A DNA stretch of 64,000 bases from Acidobacteriota bacterium (GTDB lineage Bacteria; Acidobacteriota; UBA6911). The stretch is taken from the NCBI GenBank assembly GCA_963664705.1, contig OY761556.1, forward strand, positions 2,368,001-2,432,000, in the 5' to 3' direction. Below, one piece after another: positions 1 through 10,249 of the stretch. The translations under genes were made by a program, and so were the position numbers. The stretch's first letter is position 1; each line of letters starts with the position of its first letter. The notes under the pieces were generated by a model. That model was given only the letters and a program-made list of their open reading frames with translations. It had not been told where the DNA came from and did not search any database.

Positions 1-177
1 TGCCAGTGCGCCTCGAAGGCTCTCAACGTCCCTGGCCGAGTTCATGGAACCGGACAGCTCATTAACGGCAAGCAGGCGTCGATACAATTCCACCGCCTGC
101 TCATGCAGCGGAACGGTTTGCCGGAGAAGATCCAGAAGCCCTCGACTGTGAATAATCGGCGTTGCTGCGACGGCCAT
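1..177 (-). CDS. 5' part of a gene running off the window start (helical N-terminus, possibly preceding a GAF/signalling domain)
   Basis: Hand translation from ATG at 177: MAVAATPIIHSRGLLDLLRQTVPLHEQAVELYRRLLAVNELSGSMNSARDVESLRGALA, open to the edge. AAAGGGGA RBS upstream. Not in the ORF track. Confidence 0.6.
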   Translation of the reverse strand, partial: MAVAATPIIHSRGLLDLLRQTVPLHEQAVELYRRLLAVNELSGSMNSARDVESLRGALA

Positions 178-245
178 AAATTCCCCTTTGATCTTTAGTC
201 AAATCATGATCCGGGCCCTATTCGGCACCCGGTACGCTACCTCAA

Positions 246-1496
246 TTATCGAATGAGGTTCACAGATTCCTGATACAGGTCGTTGGTTGTGGTGATGATT
301 TTGGAACTTGCCTGGTACGCTTTCTGGGCCGTAATCAGGTTGATGAACTCCTGAGCCATATCCACATTGGACTTTTCCAGTGCTGAGCCGACAAGAGTTC
401 CACGTCCCCCGGTTCCGGCCATGCCTATCGAGGGCTCGCCTGAACTGGTAAACGCAACAAAAGTGCTTCCTGAATATTTCGCGAGACCATCAACATTGGG
501 GAAATTGGCCAACGCCAGTTGAGCTAACTTAATCGTCTGGCCTCCTTCCGTTGTACCGACGATTAAGCCATCACTTTCAATGCGGATATCTGCCATCGAA
601 CTGGCACCGTATCCATTTTGCACGGTTGATGACACCGCCGATGAGGCACCGTAGTTCGTAATCAGACCTTTCCCCAGCTTATCAGTCAGATTGAACGTGA
701 TGGCCATGTCCGCTGCTCCGCTGGCAAGTCCGGCGATATCAATTGTCGGAGCTGTCGCAGGCGGAACCACATTTCCGATGGTGTCGAAATTCAGATCGCC
801 ACTCCCTACCTCAGTCGGAGGGCTGCCTGCAGTGCCGCCGAGATCTTCCGCTGGAATCGTTGCCGACCAGCTCCATACCGTTGGAGAGCTTCGGGTGAAT
901 GTCAGCTTAATCGCATGCGTCAATCCTATAGAGTCGAAGACATTGAGCGAGGTTGAAAACTCTCCGCCTGTTGGGACACCGGCATCCAGATTTGCAAGGA
1001 TGCTTATCTCACTGGTAGCACCCGCCGGAACAACCTCACCTTTCTTAATGACGATGGAGGAAACGGTTGAACTCGTATCGACAACTCCAGCGACAATGGG
1101 ATACCCGAGCACTTTGAATCCATCACTACTCAAAAAGTTGCCTTCTTTATCCAATTGGAAAGCTCCGTTCCGGGTAAATCCCATCCCGCCGCCCTCGGTT
1201 TCAACAATAAAGAAGCCGTTTCCATTGATTGCAGCATCGGTGGAGACGCCTGTGGAGGTCGGGGTTCCCTGAGTGTTCGAACGCGTAATGCCACCGAGTG
1301 AACTGCCAAGTCCCATTGAAATTGGATTACCCGCCGAATCTGTTCCGGACTGACCGGCAAGCAATTCCTTAAAAGAAGCCTTGCTTGACTTGAATGCAGT
1401 GGTGTTCATATTGGCCAGGTTGTCGCCAATTACGTTAATGGCAGTACTGTTACTGTTGATTCCCGTCAGTGCTGTGTAAAAGGATGTTAAAGGCAT
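246..1496 (-). CDS. flgE: flagellar hook protein FlgE
   Basis: N-terminal GDNLANMNTTAFK, C-terminal LEKSNVDMAQEFINLITAQKAYQASSKII; lies downstream of flgD. Confidence 0.95.
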   Translation of the reverse strand: MPLTSFYTALTGINSNSTAINVIGDNLANMNTTAFKSSKASFKELLAGQSGTDSAGNPISMGLGSSLGGITRSNTQGTPTSTGVSTDAAINGNGFFIVETEGGGMGFTRNGAFQLDKEGNFLSSDGFKVLGYPIVAGVVDTSSTVSSIVIKKGEVVPAGATSEISILANLDAGVPTGGEFSTSLNVFDSIGLTHAIKLTFTRSSPTVWSWSATIPAEDLGGTAGSPPTEVGSGDLNFDTIGNVVPPATAPTIDIAGLASGAADMAITFNLTDKLGKGLITNYGASSAVSSTVQNGYGASSMADIRIESDGLIVGTTEGGQTIKLAQLALANFPNVDGLAKYSGSTFVAFTSSGEPSIGMAGTGGRGTLVGSALEKSNVDMAQEFINLITAQKAYQASSKIITTTNDLYQESVNLIR

Positions 1497-1554
1497 GTTG
1501 TTTTCTCCTCATCCGGATGACCCGGAATCGATATGGCGTCTAGAGGTCGAATAA

Positions 1555-1860
1555 TTATGAAAACAGGGTTTTGTTGGTGCTATCGGTGGTTGTGGTCGGT
1601 GTGGACGTTTCAGTATCACCAGCCATTTTGGTAACAGCAGAGTTGATGGAAATCAGCTGTTCCAAGGAACTAAAAGTAGCTAGTTGCGCAACAAATGCCT
1701 GGTTATCCATGGGATTTGTTGGATCCTGATTTTGAAGCTGCGCAACGAAAAGCTTGAGAAACCCGGTCTTGCTTACCATTGCGTCCGTACCTGTTGCAGA
1801 TACGCTCATATCGGTGTTTGTATTTGCGCTTGTTGACCCCACCCCATTAACGCTGCTCAT
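1555..1860 (-). CDS. flgD: flagellar hook capping protein FlgD (N-terminal domain only, 101 aa)
   Basis: FLKLFVAQLQNQDPTNPMDNQAFVAQLATFSSLEQ signature. Confidence 0.92.
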   Translation of the reverse strand: MSSVNGVGSTSANTNTDMSVSATGTDAMVSKTGFLKLFVAQLQNQDPTNPMDNQAFVAQLATFSSLEQLISINSAVTKMAGDTETSTPTTTTDSTNKTLFS

Positions 1861-1917
1861 TTTTAAGCCTCTCTTTATCTAGATTCCAGTACAACCCTGC
1901 AACGCCGCAAATCGTCT

Positions 1918-1933
1918 TGCACGAAGCGTGCCA
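1918..1933 (-). promoter_or_regulatory. sigma54 -24/-12 promoter for flgD-flgE
   Basis: Minus strand TGGCACGCTTCGTGCA: GG-N10-GC, 57 bp upstream of the flgD start. Confidence 0.8.
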
Positions 1934-2046
1934 ATTGCCGGCTGCAGCGGCAGAACCGAACAATTCATTGGGAAACAATCATTTATCAAGCTTCCTATTC
2001 TTTTCTTCCATGCGTTGGAGCTAAGCAATAATTGCCTATGGGCAAA

Positions 2047-3507
2047 TTATGCGACGGTATAGAACCGAGCATTCGGATTCATCATAGCCATTGTCACGGC
2101 ATCCAAACCGGGTTCCTCCGATTCCAGAGAACCGGGGTTTTCGGTCGAACGACCATTCCTTCTCTCCTGGCTTCCCGAACCCGGATATCCAGATTGTGCG
2201 GTGTGCCCCGCGAAAGACTCGGAGCCGCCATTATCCTGGACAGTCACCTGGATTCGATCGATCTTCAACCCCTGATCCTGAATGCTCTGTTGCAGGAGGT
2301 GCAGATTCGATTCAAGATAGTTTTTCACGGTGCTGGATTCCGCGACAATACGGGCAATAACTCCGCCCGATGCGTTTTCAGCCCGTATTTCAAGATGTCC
2401 AAGGTTTTCCGGATGTAACTGAACGCGGATCTCCCCTCTTCCGTCCCGCACCAGGACCTGCATCCGGTCTGCAAGCTGGAGCATGAACTCAGACGATTGC
2501 GGTGAAGCGGTCTGGGCGCGAGGAGCTGCAGGAACGAGCCTGGGGTCATTGACCGTGATGGAAGCCGGAGTCGCAACCATGTTCGGCACATTGTGCCCCG
2601 CTGACGCGCTGGATTCCGATCTCACAACCACCGGAGTTGTCTCTGATCGATTTGGTGGAAATTGCCGTGGAGTACTGGATTCACTCTGAGCATCCTGTCT
2701 CGCCGCATGGGAGTCGTTGCTGACAGCTTTCTCGAGTGCCATGCGCATTGCGTTTTCCATTTTCCCGGAGGTAGCAGCCTTATCACTCGTTACCGGTTTG
2801 ACGGCATCTTCGGAAGATTGGACTATGTCCGCGGCATTGGCGGCAGGACTCAATTCCGTTTGCCGGGTCTCATTTCGGGGAATCTCATTCCCCGCCTGCT
2901 TTGTTTCATCGCTCTTTTGCCCAGTATCTACCGCATCCCGATTGAACAGCTGCTTAATGCCAGTTGCTTTTGTTTCCACCGCCTTTAGTGTCTCGGCGAC
3001 GGGCGCGCGGTCCACTGGCAGTGCGGCATTTGAATTCGTGATTTGCTGTACCAACAGATCTTCCTTATTCTCACTTTGCTCCATCTCCTTTGCATTGAAG
3101 ATAACGCCTGGCTCCGTTGTTTCGGGCGGAACGATCGGAGCTTGCATCGTGCCAAACGTTTTTTCAGATGGATCAACGCAGCCTTCAGGCACTGCCGTTT
3201 TGGCTTCGCCTGCGATTGGGAAATCTGCAGGAGGCATAGAAGCAGAACGTTCCTGGGGAGCAGGGATCAGCGACGCACCCATCATCATGGTCAGAGGGTC
3301 CGTTTCCGCTTTGGCAGAGTCTTTATCCTGCGGGGCTTCCTCGCGATCCGACTCAGAAGGAGCGCGATTGTTCATCAGCGCGTCCATGTGGGCAAGAAAT
3401 CCACCCTTTTCAGTATCTTCGGAGCGCTCTGAAGGAGTTGCCGGCATCTCAGCACCGGCCGGTGGAGCAGCAGTAAAATTGACTTGTATCACGGGATCTC
3501 TCCTCAT
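2047..3507 (-). CDS. fliK: flagellar hook-length control protein FliK
   Basis: Low-complexity N-terminus, C-terminal IRVQLHPENLGHLEI...LESNLHLLQQSIQDQGL domain; lies between fliJ and flgD. Confidence 0.85.
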   Translation of the reverse strand: MRRDPVIQVNFTAAPPAGAEMPATPSERSEDTEKGGFLAHMDALMNNRAPSESDREEAPQDKDSAKAETDPLTMMMGASLIPAPQERSASMPPADFPIAGEAKTAVPEGCVDPSEKTFGTMQAPIVPPETTEPGVIFNAKEMEQSENKEDLLVQQITNSNAALPVDRAPVAETLKAVETKATGIKQLFNRDAVDTGQKSDETKQAGNEIPRNETRQTELSPAANAADIVQSSEDAVKPVTSDKAATSGKMENAMRMALEKAVSNDSHAARQDAQSESSTPRQFPPNRSETTPVVVRSESSASAGHNVPNMVATPASITVNDPRLVPAAPRAQTASPQSSEFMLQLADRMQVLVRDGRGEIRVQLHPENLGHLEIRAENASGGVIARIVAESSTVKNYLESNLHLLQQSIQDQGLKIDRIQVTVQDNGGSESFAGHTAQSGYPGSGSQERRNGRSTENPGSLESEEPGLDAVTMAMMNPNARFYTVA

Positions 3508-4011
3508 TTAGGATTGCAGTTTCGTTAGCGCTCGCGGTTTGGCAATTTCGATATCCCTCTGATATTCGGGTTCCCTTCCCGCAAATCGTGTGACGACGAG
3601 TTCATCGATGTCCTTCTGTTCCTGCTTTTCCATCTCCGTAATGAACTCTTTTTCCCTTTTTGTTTTCAGCGATGAAAGAACCTTCTTCTTTTTGCTGGCT
3701 TCGATGACGACCTTCTTCTGCGCTTGAACTTCGGCTTCAATCTGGGCCAGTCGTTTTTCGCTTTCACCGATCTCGTGGGTAAGCCGGTTCATATACAGAT
3801 GAAACAGATTCAGTTCCATCGGCTCCATAATCTGCTGCCGCATGCCTGCCAGCTCATTCATGGTCTCGCGAAATTTCGCACTTAAGTCCTCACGATGACG
3901 CAGCTCTTCCTGATGTTTATAGTTCAGCCGGAACAGGGCATCGCGTTCGCGCTGTTCTATGTCTTCTCTATGCCGAAGCAGTGTTTCGAGACTGAATTTG
4001 AATTTTGGCAA
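3508..4011 (-). CDS. fliJ: flagellar export chaperone FliJ
   Basis: FKFSLETLLRHRE start, coiled coil, EQKDIDE near C-terminus; follows fliI. Confidence 0.88.
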   Translation of the reverse strand: MPKFKFSLETLLRHREDIEQRERDALFRLNYKHQEELRHREDLSAKFRETMNELAGMRQQIMEPMELNLFHLYMNRLTHEIGESEKRLAQIEAEVQAQKKVVIEASKKKKVLSSLKTKREKEFITEMEKQEQKDIDELVVTRFAGREPEYQRDIEIAKPRALTKLQS

Positions 4012-4015
4012 GGAA

Positions 4016-5344
4016 TCAATCCTTTGTTATTTCCTCAACTCCGGAAAAGGCGCTTTGCAGACTCACGCGCTCATCGCTTCCCTGGATCAAAAACGCATTG
4101 ACCGCATCGATCTTTGCCAATGCCTGGTCGATCTTGGGATTGCTTCCTTTGATGTATGCGCCGATATTGAGCATATCCTCTGCTTTCCGGTACGTGGCCA
4201 GCCATTCCCTGATCTTGCCTGCCTTCTGCAGATAGGGTTGCGGGACAAGGTCTGAAATCAGTCGGCTGACGCTGGAGAGAACATCGATACACGGATAGTG
4301 GTTCCGCCACGCCAGTTCCCGGCTTAATACCACGTGTCCGTCCAGCAGGCCGCGAACAGCATCCGCAACCGGCTCATTCATGTCATCGCCTTCAACGAGC
4401 ACTGTGTAAAAGCCGGTAATGCTTCCGCCGGACATGAAGTTTCCGGCCCGCTCGAACAACCGTGGAAGCAGGGAGAAAACCGATGGGGTATATCCCTTTG
4501 TTGAAGGCGGTTCTCCCGCGGCCAGGCCTACTTCGCGCTGGGCCATGGCAAACCTTGTAACCGAGTCCATTACAAGCAGGACATCCTTCCCCATATCTCT
4601 AAAATATTCTGCGATGGTTGTGGCCACAAGAGCGGCACGAATCCGCAGCAATGGAGGCTGATCAGATGTAGAAACAACCACAACCGATCTTTTCAGGCCC
4701 TCTTCGCCCAAGTCCTTTTCAATAAAGCCACGCACCTCACGACCGCGTTCACCAATCAGGCTGATGACGTTAACATCCGCGGATGTATACCGCGCCATCA
4801 TGCCGAGAAGAGTGCTCTTGCCCACGCCGCTGCCGCCGAAAATGCCAATGCGCTGGCCCTTTCCGGTAGTCAGGAGACCGTCAATGGTCCGAATCCCGGT
4901 ACCGAGCGTTTCTTCGATGTTTTTGCGGGCAAGCGGGTTTGTTTCCGCAGCATTGATCGGATACTCATCGGAGGCTTCTATGGGACCCAGATCATCAATT
5001 GGCTGGCCCAAGGCATCCACGACTCTGCCCAAAAGCGAAGGCCCCACCGGAATGCACGCAGTTTTTCTACGGCAGACCACCCTGTCACCAAGCTTTACGC
5101 CATGGACCTTGTAGAGCGGCATCGAAATAACATAATTATCCCGAAAACCGACCACCTCGGCGGGAATGCTCACACCATTGTTGTCGTTGCCAACGATCTC
5201 GCACAACTCGCCGACGGAAACAGGCGGTCCCAGAGACTCTACTGTCAGCCCCACAGCCCGCTTCACCGTCCCGACGGTTTTGATCGGATCCAGTTCGCGG
5301 AGCCGTTGAAAGTAATTGCCCAGATTTAGTTGCGGAGTAGCCAT
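4016..5344 (-). CDS. fliI: flagellar export ATPase FliI
   Basis: Walker A GGSGVGKS, LVMDSVTRFAMAQREVGL, GSITGFYTVLVEGDD. Confidence 0.96.
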   Translation of the reverse strand: MATPQLNLGNYFQRLRELDPIKTVGTVKRAVGLTVESLGPPVSVGELCEIVGNDNNGVSIPAEVVGFRDNYVISMPLYKVHGVKLGDRVVCRRKTACIPVGPSLLGRVVDALGQPIDDLGPIEASDEYPINAAETNPLARKNIEETLGTGIRTIDGLLTTGKGQRIGIFGGSGVGKSTLLGMMARYTSADVNVISLIGERGREVRGFIEKDLGEEGLKRSVVVVSTSDQPPLLRIRAALVATTIAEYFRDMGKDVLLVMDSVTRFAMAQREVGLAAGEPPSTKGYTPSVFSLLPRLFERAGNFMSGGSITGFYTVLVEGDDMNEPVADAVRGLLDGHVVLSRELAWRNHYPCIDVLSSVSRLISDLVPQPYLQKAGKIREWLATYRKAEDMLNIGAYIKGSNPKIDQALAKIDAVNAFLIQGSDERVSLQSAFSGVEEITKD

Positions 5345-5345
5345 G

Positions 5346-6029
5346 CTATTTCACACCGTTAAAGAAAACCTGCTCTACTTCCCTGAACTTTTCCTCGATT
5401 CGCGCATCGATGTCTCCGCAATCCGTCTGAATAAGACATCCGCCACGTTCAATCGATTTGTCTGCCTGCAGGGAGATGTCGCGGCCTTCGATCTGGGACA
5501 ACTCTGAGCGCTGGGCGATCAGATAATTGTAATCCACGGGATTCAGGTGTACCGTCACGGCAGACTTCTCGGCGACGTGACTCAACGCGACACGAACAAG
5601 CGTCTGGATGATCTCGTTGTCAATCTGGACTTCTCTGTAAACGATCTTCTTGGCAACCTCGATCGACAGTTTCACGACCTCGCGTTCGACTTGCGCATGA
5701 AGAAATGTCCGGAGTTTCTCAAGTTCCAGAATGGAATCGCTGTACCGCCTCATTACCGCTTCCATTTTTTGTTCGGCGATTTCCAGGCCGGCCTTTTCTC
5801 CATGGATAAACCCATTTTCGTAGGCGGTTTTTTCGAGCTGGGCCAGATCTACAGCAGGAGTCATCGGCTCAATCGCCACAGGTTCGGCAACTGGTGCGGC
5901 CTGGGCGGTTGCTTCAGGCATCGACAGCTCCTGGAACTCCGGCATCTGTTCAACCGCATCCTGCGTAAACCGAAACTGTCGAACAGTAGTAGAGCGGGTC
6001 GAACCGGCCTTGATTATCTTGAGTGTCAT
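5346..6029 (-). CDS. fliH: flagellar assembly protein FliH
   Basis: GxxxG repeats (ENGFIHGEKAG), C-terminal ADKSIERGGCLIQTDCGDIDA; lies between fliG and fliI. Confidence 0.9.
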   Translation of the reverse strand: MTLKIIKAGSTRSTTVRQFRFTQDAVEQMPEFQELSMPEATAQAAPVAEPVAIEPMTPAVDLAQLEKTAYENGFIHGEKAGLEIAEQKMEAVMRRYSDSILELEKLRTFLHAQVEREVVKLSIEVAKKIVYREVQIDNEIIQTLVRVALSHVAEKSAVTVHLNPVDYNYLIAQRSELSQIEGRDISLQADKSIERGGCLIQTDCGDIDARIEEKFREVEQVFFNGVK

Positions 6030-6033
6030 AGGT

Positions 6034-6068
6034 CTATTGACGATTACCGATTGACGATTGACGATTTG
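6034..6068. repeat. degenerate 7-bp tandem repeat (CGATTGA-like x5) between fliG and fliH
   Basis: CTATTGA CGATTAC CGATTGA CGATTGA CGATTTG. Confidence 0.7.
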
Positions 6069-6097
6069 TTTCCATACTCAAAACCACATATTTCAGG

Positions 6098-7111
6098 TTA
6101 GCTGATATATTCATCACCGGTACCGCCCTTAAGGCTGATCACACCGCTTTCATCGAGTTTGCGCACGACGCTGACAATCTGCTGCTGTGATGTTTCGACA
6201 TCCCGGACTTTGATTGGCCCCAGAACGTCCATGTCTTCGCGCATCATTTCAACCGCCCTGGCGGACATATTCCGGAAGAACTGATTCCGCAGTTCCTCAC
6301 TGGTTCCCTTCAGCGCGATGGTGAGGGCTTTTTTATCCACACGCTGCAATATTTCTCGCATTCCGGCGTCGTCGATGAGGAGCACATCATCAAACACAAA
6401 CATCAGGTTTCGAATGCTCAGCGCCAGTGCAGGATTTTCGCCTTCTACTTTTTCGAGAATCGCTGCGGCAGCCTTTGTTTCCATCCGGTTGATCAACTCT
6501 GCCACGGCTCGGATGCCACCATAGGATTCGCGGCTGAAATCGCCGAGAGATCGCAGTTTTTGTTCCAGGATCGAGGTGATCTTGCTGATGACATCGGGAG
6601 AAATCTGCTCAAGATTGGCCATGCGCATCACAACATCCGCTCGAAGCGCCGACGGCAATGAACTCAACAGGGCAGCGGCCTGCGACGAATTCAGATGCGC
6701 CAGGACCAGCGCAATGGTTTGTGGCTGTTCCGACTGGATGAATTTTGACAATTGTACAGGATCGGCTTTCTGCAGATTGTCAAAACCCACCAAAGTGTTC
6801 TGCATCGAGATATTCAGGTAATCCAGCAGTTTTTTGGAGGATTCGGCGCCGAAGGCTTTCACCAGCAATTTCTTCGCAAAATCAGGGCCTCCCCTGGCCA
6901 GGAAAGCCTGCGCAAGAGACAGCCGGTAGAAATCCTCGAGAACTGATTCCGCGATCTCGGGTGTAATTTCCCCAAGACGAGATATTTCTTTGCTGACTTC
7001 CTGAATCTCATCCTCCTGCATGTAGCGGAAAATCCCGGCACTGGATTCATCCCCGAGCAAGACCATGAGAATTGCTGCTTTGCGAGCACCTGTCATTTGA
7101 GCTTGTGCCAC
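6098..7111 (-). CDS. fliG: flagellar motor switch protein FliG
   Basis: GARKAAILMVLLG, EQPQTIALVL, MFVFDD, FFRNMSARA motifs. Confidence 0.96.
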   Translation of the reverse strand: MAQAQMTGARKAAILMVLLGDESSAGIFRYMQEDEIQEVSKEISRLGEITPEIAESVLEDFYRLSLAQAFLARGGPDFAKKLLVKAFGAESSKKLLDYLNISMQNTLVGFDNLQKADPVQLSKFIQSEQPQTIALVLAHLNSSQAAALLSSLPSALRADVVMRMANLEQISPDVISKITSILEQKLRSLGDFSRESYGGIRAVAELINRMETKAAAAILEKVEGENPALALSIRNLMFVFDDVLLIDDAGMREILQRVDKKALTIALKGTSEELRNQFFRNMSARAVEMMREDMDVLGPIKVRDVETSQQQIVSVVRKLDESGVISLKGGTGDEYIS

Positions 7112-7114
7112 GGT

Positions 7115-8872
7115 CTATGCCTTTTCCTTTAATAGAGAGCGGATAAGCTGAGACAGCATTTCGGGATCCTTTTTCGCTTTCTCGGTAAGTTTCTTCTTGA
7201 TAACCGCATATTTGCGTCCGCCGCTTTCGACCATATTGGCTTCCCGGATCAGTTCCTGTTCGATCTGCTCATCCGTGGCCGCCTGCAAGGCCGTCATTTC
7301 CTCAACATTGGATTCCGCAGCGGGAAGGCTGCCGGCATCGGCGGACCCGGCTGGAAGTTCGTCCAGTTGCCTTTCTCCCGGCAGTGCCAGGGTTGCAGCT
7401 TCACCAATCAGATGCGGCGCTGCAGTTTCCCCAGTGCGGAGAGCCGCTACCGACATAGCCTCAAAAACCTTCTTGTGAACCGGACGGAAGAGGAAAAGAT
7501 ATGCCAGGACAAAAAGCAGGAGAAACGAGCCATACTTCAGAGCCAGCATTCCATAGGGCTGCGATTGAAATCGGATATACCATGGTGATGTCGGCTGCTG
7601 CTCCTCCGGCATGGAGTCGGAATAAAAAGGAACATTTTCGATCGTGACAACATCGCCGCGCTGCTGGTTGAAGCCCACAGCCGCAAGAACCAGTTGCCGA
7701 TACGCTTCAATATCCTGCGGCGTACGTGCTTCCGATTTGGAAGTGACTTTTCCATCCTTTGATTTGCTGTAGACGGTCTTGTGATCAAGGATCACGGCAA
7801 CGGACAATCTTCGGACCGTTCCCTTCGGCTGAACAACGTGGCGAACGAGTTTGTTGACTTCGTAGTTGGTCGTCTCGCTCTGGCGTTCATTCGAAGCTGC
7901 CGAGCTTGCGGTAGCTGGCGGATTGGCAGTCCCTATATTCGACTGCGTACCGGGAACACCGGAAGGAACCGCGGACCCACCTGAACGCTCCTGGCTTTTC
8001 TGCTGACTCATTATTATCTGCGGATTCGGATTGTAGGTCTCTTCCATTTGTTCTGTTGAATTGATATCCAGGTCGATCGATGCATTGGCATGGACCTTCC
8101 CTTTGCCGACAAGGGGCTCCAGAATCGAAATGACTTTCCCGGACATTTCCTTCTCGTACTGCTCCCGGAGACTGGATTCCATCTCGGCTCGCGCTCCATC
8201 GCCTGATTCCACGGACTGTGAAAGGAGGCGGCCTTCGTCATCCACGATGGACACATTGTTTCGATGCAGCCCGGGAACCGCTCCCGCCACAACTCCCTTG
8301 ATTCCGGCAACTCCGGTCTTTGTCAGTTCCGCTCCGCGCCTGAGGCTCACGACCACGCTTGCCTTGGCATCTTCCTTCTTTTCATCAAATATCGAGTCTT
8401 TCGGAAGTACGATGTGGACTCGAGCCTGGGAGATTTCCGCGAGATTCGAGATCGTGCGCGCCAGTTCTCCTTCGAGGGCCCGCTGAAGATTCACCTGCTC
8501 GGTGAAGTCGGTCATTCCAAACTGGTTTTTGTCAAATATCTCGTAGCCTACCCGTCCGCTGCGCACGGAGCCGCCAATCTCGAGCTTCAAATTTTCAATT
8601 TCTGTTTTGGGAGCCGCAACCAGAATGGAATTCCCTTGAACCCGATATGCTTTCTTCTGCTCCTTTAATTTCTGGACCACAGCTTGCGCATCTTCCGGGT
8701 TGAGATCCGACCAAACAGGCTCGTACTCTACGCGATTCATGAAATATACGATTGAACCAACTAGCGCCAATCCGAGGACCCCGGAGATAATGATGGTAAG
8801 CCGCTGCGGCCATAGCAGGCGGTTCCACATTTCCATGAGCTGATTCACGAAGGTTGGGCGATTGCCGGACAT
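7115..8872 (-). CDS. fliF: flagellar MS-ring protein FliF
   Basis: Two TM segments, GYEIFDKNQFGMTDF, RALEGELARTI, ARVHIVLP. Confidence 0.96.
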   Translation of the reverse strand: MSGNRPTFVNQLMEMWNRLLWPQRLTIIISGVLGLALVGSIVYFMNRVEYEPVWSDLNPEDAQAVVQKLKEQKKAYRVQGNSILVAAPKTEIENLKLEIGGSVRSGRVGYEIFDKNQFGMTDFTEQVNLQRALEGELARTISNLAEISQARVHIVLPKDSIFDEKKEDAKASVVVSLRRGAELTKTGVAGIKGVVAGAVPGLHRNNVSIVDDEGRLLSQSVESGDGARAEMESSLREQYEKEMSGKVISILEPLVGKGKVHANASIDLDINSTEQMEETYNPNPQIIMSQQKSQERSGGSAVPSGVPGTQSNIGTANPPATASSAASNERQSETTNYEVNKLVRHVVQPKGTVRRLSVAVILDHKTVYSKSKDGKVTSKSEARTPQDIEAYRQLVLAAVGFNQQRGDVVTIENVPFYSDSMPEEQQPTSPWYIRFQSQPYGMLALKYGSFLLLFVLAYLFLFRPVHKKVFEAMSVAALRTGETAAPHLIGEAATLALPGERQLDELPAGSADAGSLPAAESNVEEMTALQAATDEQIEQELIREANMVESGGRKYAVIKKKLTEKAKKDPEMLSQLIRSLLKEKA

Positions 8873-8923
8873 TCTGGAAGCTCCAAACTAATATCGACCC
8901 GCACAGAACGGGTCTGTCTATGG

Positions 8924-9226
8924 TTAAACCTGCATCCGCATGATTTCCTGATACGCCTGTACGATCTTGTTTCGAACCTGCATCATCATCTGAAAGGAGA
9001 GATCCGCCTTTTGCATGGCAATGACAGTCGTGTGCAGATCCTTCGACTCTCCCGTCATCAGCTTCTGTATCTGCTGATCCGATTGCTTCTGAACTTCATT
9101 CACGGTCGAGATGGCATCTTTCAGCATTTCACCGAAACCTGAGCTATTCCCGCCTTCACTCCTGGGGAGCTTCATTTCGGGCATTTGCAGCTTGGGATTA
9201 AGTGGACCAATGATGATCTGTTCCAT
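8924..9226 (-). CDS. fliE: flagellar hook-basal body protein FliE
   Basis: MQVRNKIVQAYQEIMRMQV C-terminus. Confidence 0.95.
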   Translation of the reverse strand: MEQIIIGPLNPKLQMPEMKLPRSEGGNSSGFGEMLKDAISTVNEVQKQSDQQIQKLMTGESKDLHTTVIAMQKADLSFQMMMQVRNKIVQAYQEIMRMQV

Positions 9227-9236
9227 TGACTTACCT

Positions 9237-9662
9237 CTACCTGAGTATCTCTAGTGTCTTCTGTTGCATTTCTTTGGCCATGTTTACGGCCTGAAGGTTT
9301 GCCTCGTACGACCGCGTGGCCGACATCACGTTGACCATTTCTTCCATGGGGTTGATGTTCGGATACAAAACGTTGCCGTCCTTGTCGGCATGCTCGTGGC
9401 CGGGCTCATGCTTTTTAATGGGATCGCTTTTGTCGATCGTGACATTTGTTATCTCGACACCCTGGACCGCCGCATCCAACGCATCGCCGAAGGAGGCCTG
9501 CGGCGTTGTCGCGGTGAACACAACATCCTTCCGTCTATACGGATCGACTCCGGCAGGTCTGGTTGTCTGGGCGTTCACGAGGTTGCCGACCAGCACTTCC
9601 AATCTCCGACGCTGTGCAGTCAACCCCGAGGCTCCCACTTCAATAGCGGTCATCAGACTCAT
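9237..9662 (-). CDS. flgC: flagellar basal-body rod protein FlgC
   Basis: ASGLTAQRRRL, PYRRKDVVF, YPNINPMEEMVNVMSATRSYEAN. Confidence 0.95.
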   Translation of the reverse strand: MSLMTAIEVGASGLTAQRRRLEVLVGNLVNAQTTRPAGVDPYRRKDVVFTATTPQASFGDALDAAVQGVEITNVTIDKSDPIKKHEPGHEHADKDGNVLYPNINPMEEMVNVMSATRSYEANLQAVNMAKEMQQKTLEILR

Positions 9663-10072
9663 TATGCCCTCCCTTCGTTGATGCTGCTGGCGATGGTCCT
9701 CAGCTTTCCCCGCACAATCTGCGACATCAGGGAATAGCCAAAGGATGTTTCGCTGAGCTTCAGCATTTCCGAATCCAGGTCCACATTGTTTTTGTCATTA
9801 CGAGATGTAAGCCCCTGCACCTCAAAGACCTGTGCTTGGCGAGGCACGGGGATCATGCTGGCTCTGTGTTCCGGGCGCGTTGCCCGCAGATCTGTGGAAT
9901 CCTCCAAAAGCAGTTCCTGCATGGTTGCATGAAAGGTAATGTCTTTTGTCTTGTACCCGGGAGTGTCAATATTTGCCAGATTGGAGGCGACAATTTGTTG
10001 ACGCTGGGAAAGGCGGCTCATGTACGCAGTCGCCGCATCTAGCGTCTGGTTCTGGATAAAGTCGACTTTCAT
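9662..10072 (-). CDS. flgB: flagellar basal-body rod protein FlgB (start revised to ATG 10072)
   Basis: RQQIVASNLANIDTPGYK, DKNNVDLDSEM; GGAGG RBS at 10080-10084. Confidence 0.93.
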   Translation of the reverse strand: MKVDFIQNQTLDAATAYMSRLSQRQQIVASNLANIDTPGYKTKDITFHATMQELLLEDSTDLRATRPEHRASMIPVPRQAQVFEVQGLTSRNDKNNVDLDSEMLKLSETSFGYSLMSQIVRGKLRTIASSINEGRA

Positions 10073-10115
10073 TCGATTTCCTCCGTTCGCCCCATTACAT
10101 CGGGCACACTCATTA

Positions 10116-10131
10116 AGCAAAAGACATGCCA
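10116..10131 (-). promoter_or_regulatory. sigma54 -24/-12 promoter for the flgB operon
   Basis: Minus strand TGGCATGTCTTTTGCT: GG-N10-GC. Confidence 0.82.
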
Positions 10132-10249
10132 AAAACCAAACTTGATCGCATTTCCCTTAATTTCGTGCTGAATCCAGAATCCAGGCGCCTTCCCGGCAAT
10201 CCTTTTTTTTTTGAAGAAAGAAGTCTATTAGCCACGACTAGACCAGAAC

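Noticed and set aside
1555-1860. Short flgD as a pseudogene
   Set aside because: Clean ORF with promoter and intact N-terminal capping domain; short FlgD forms occur in several phyla; no remnant of the missing domains downstream.
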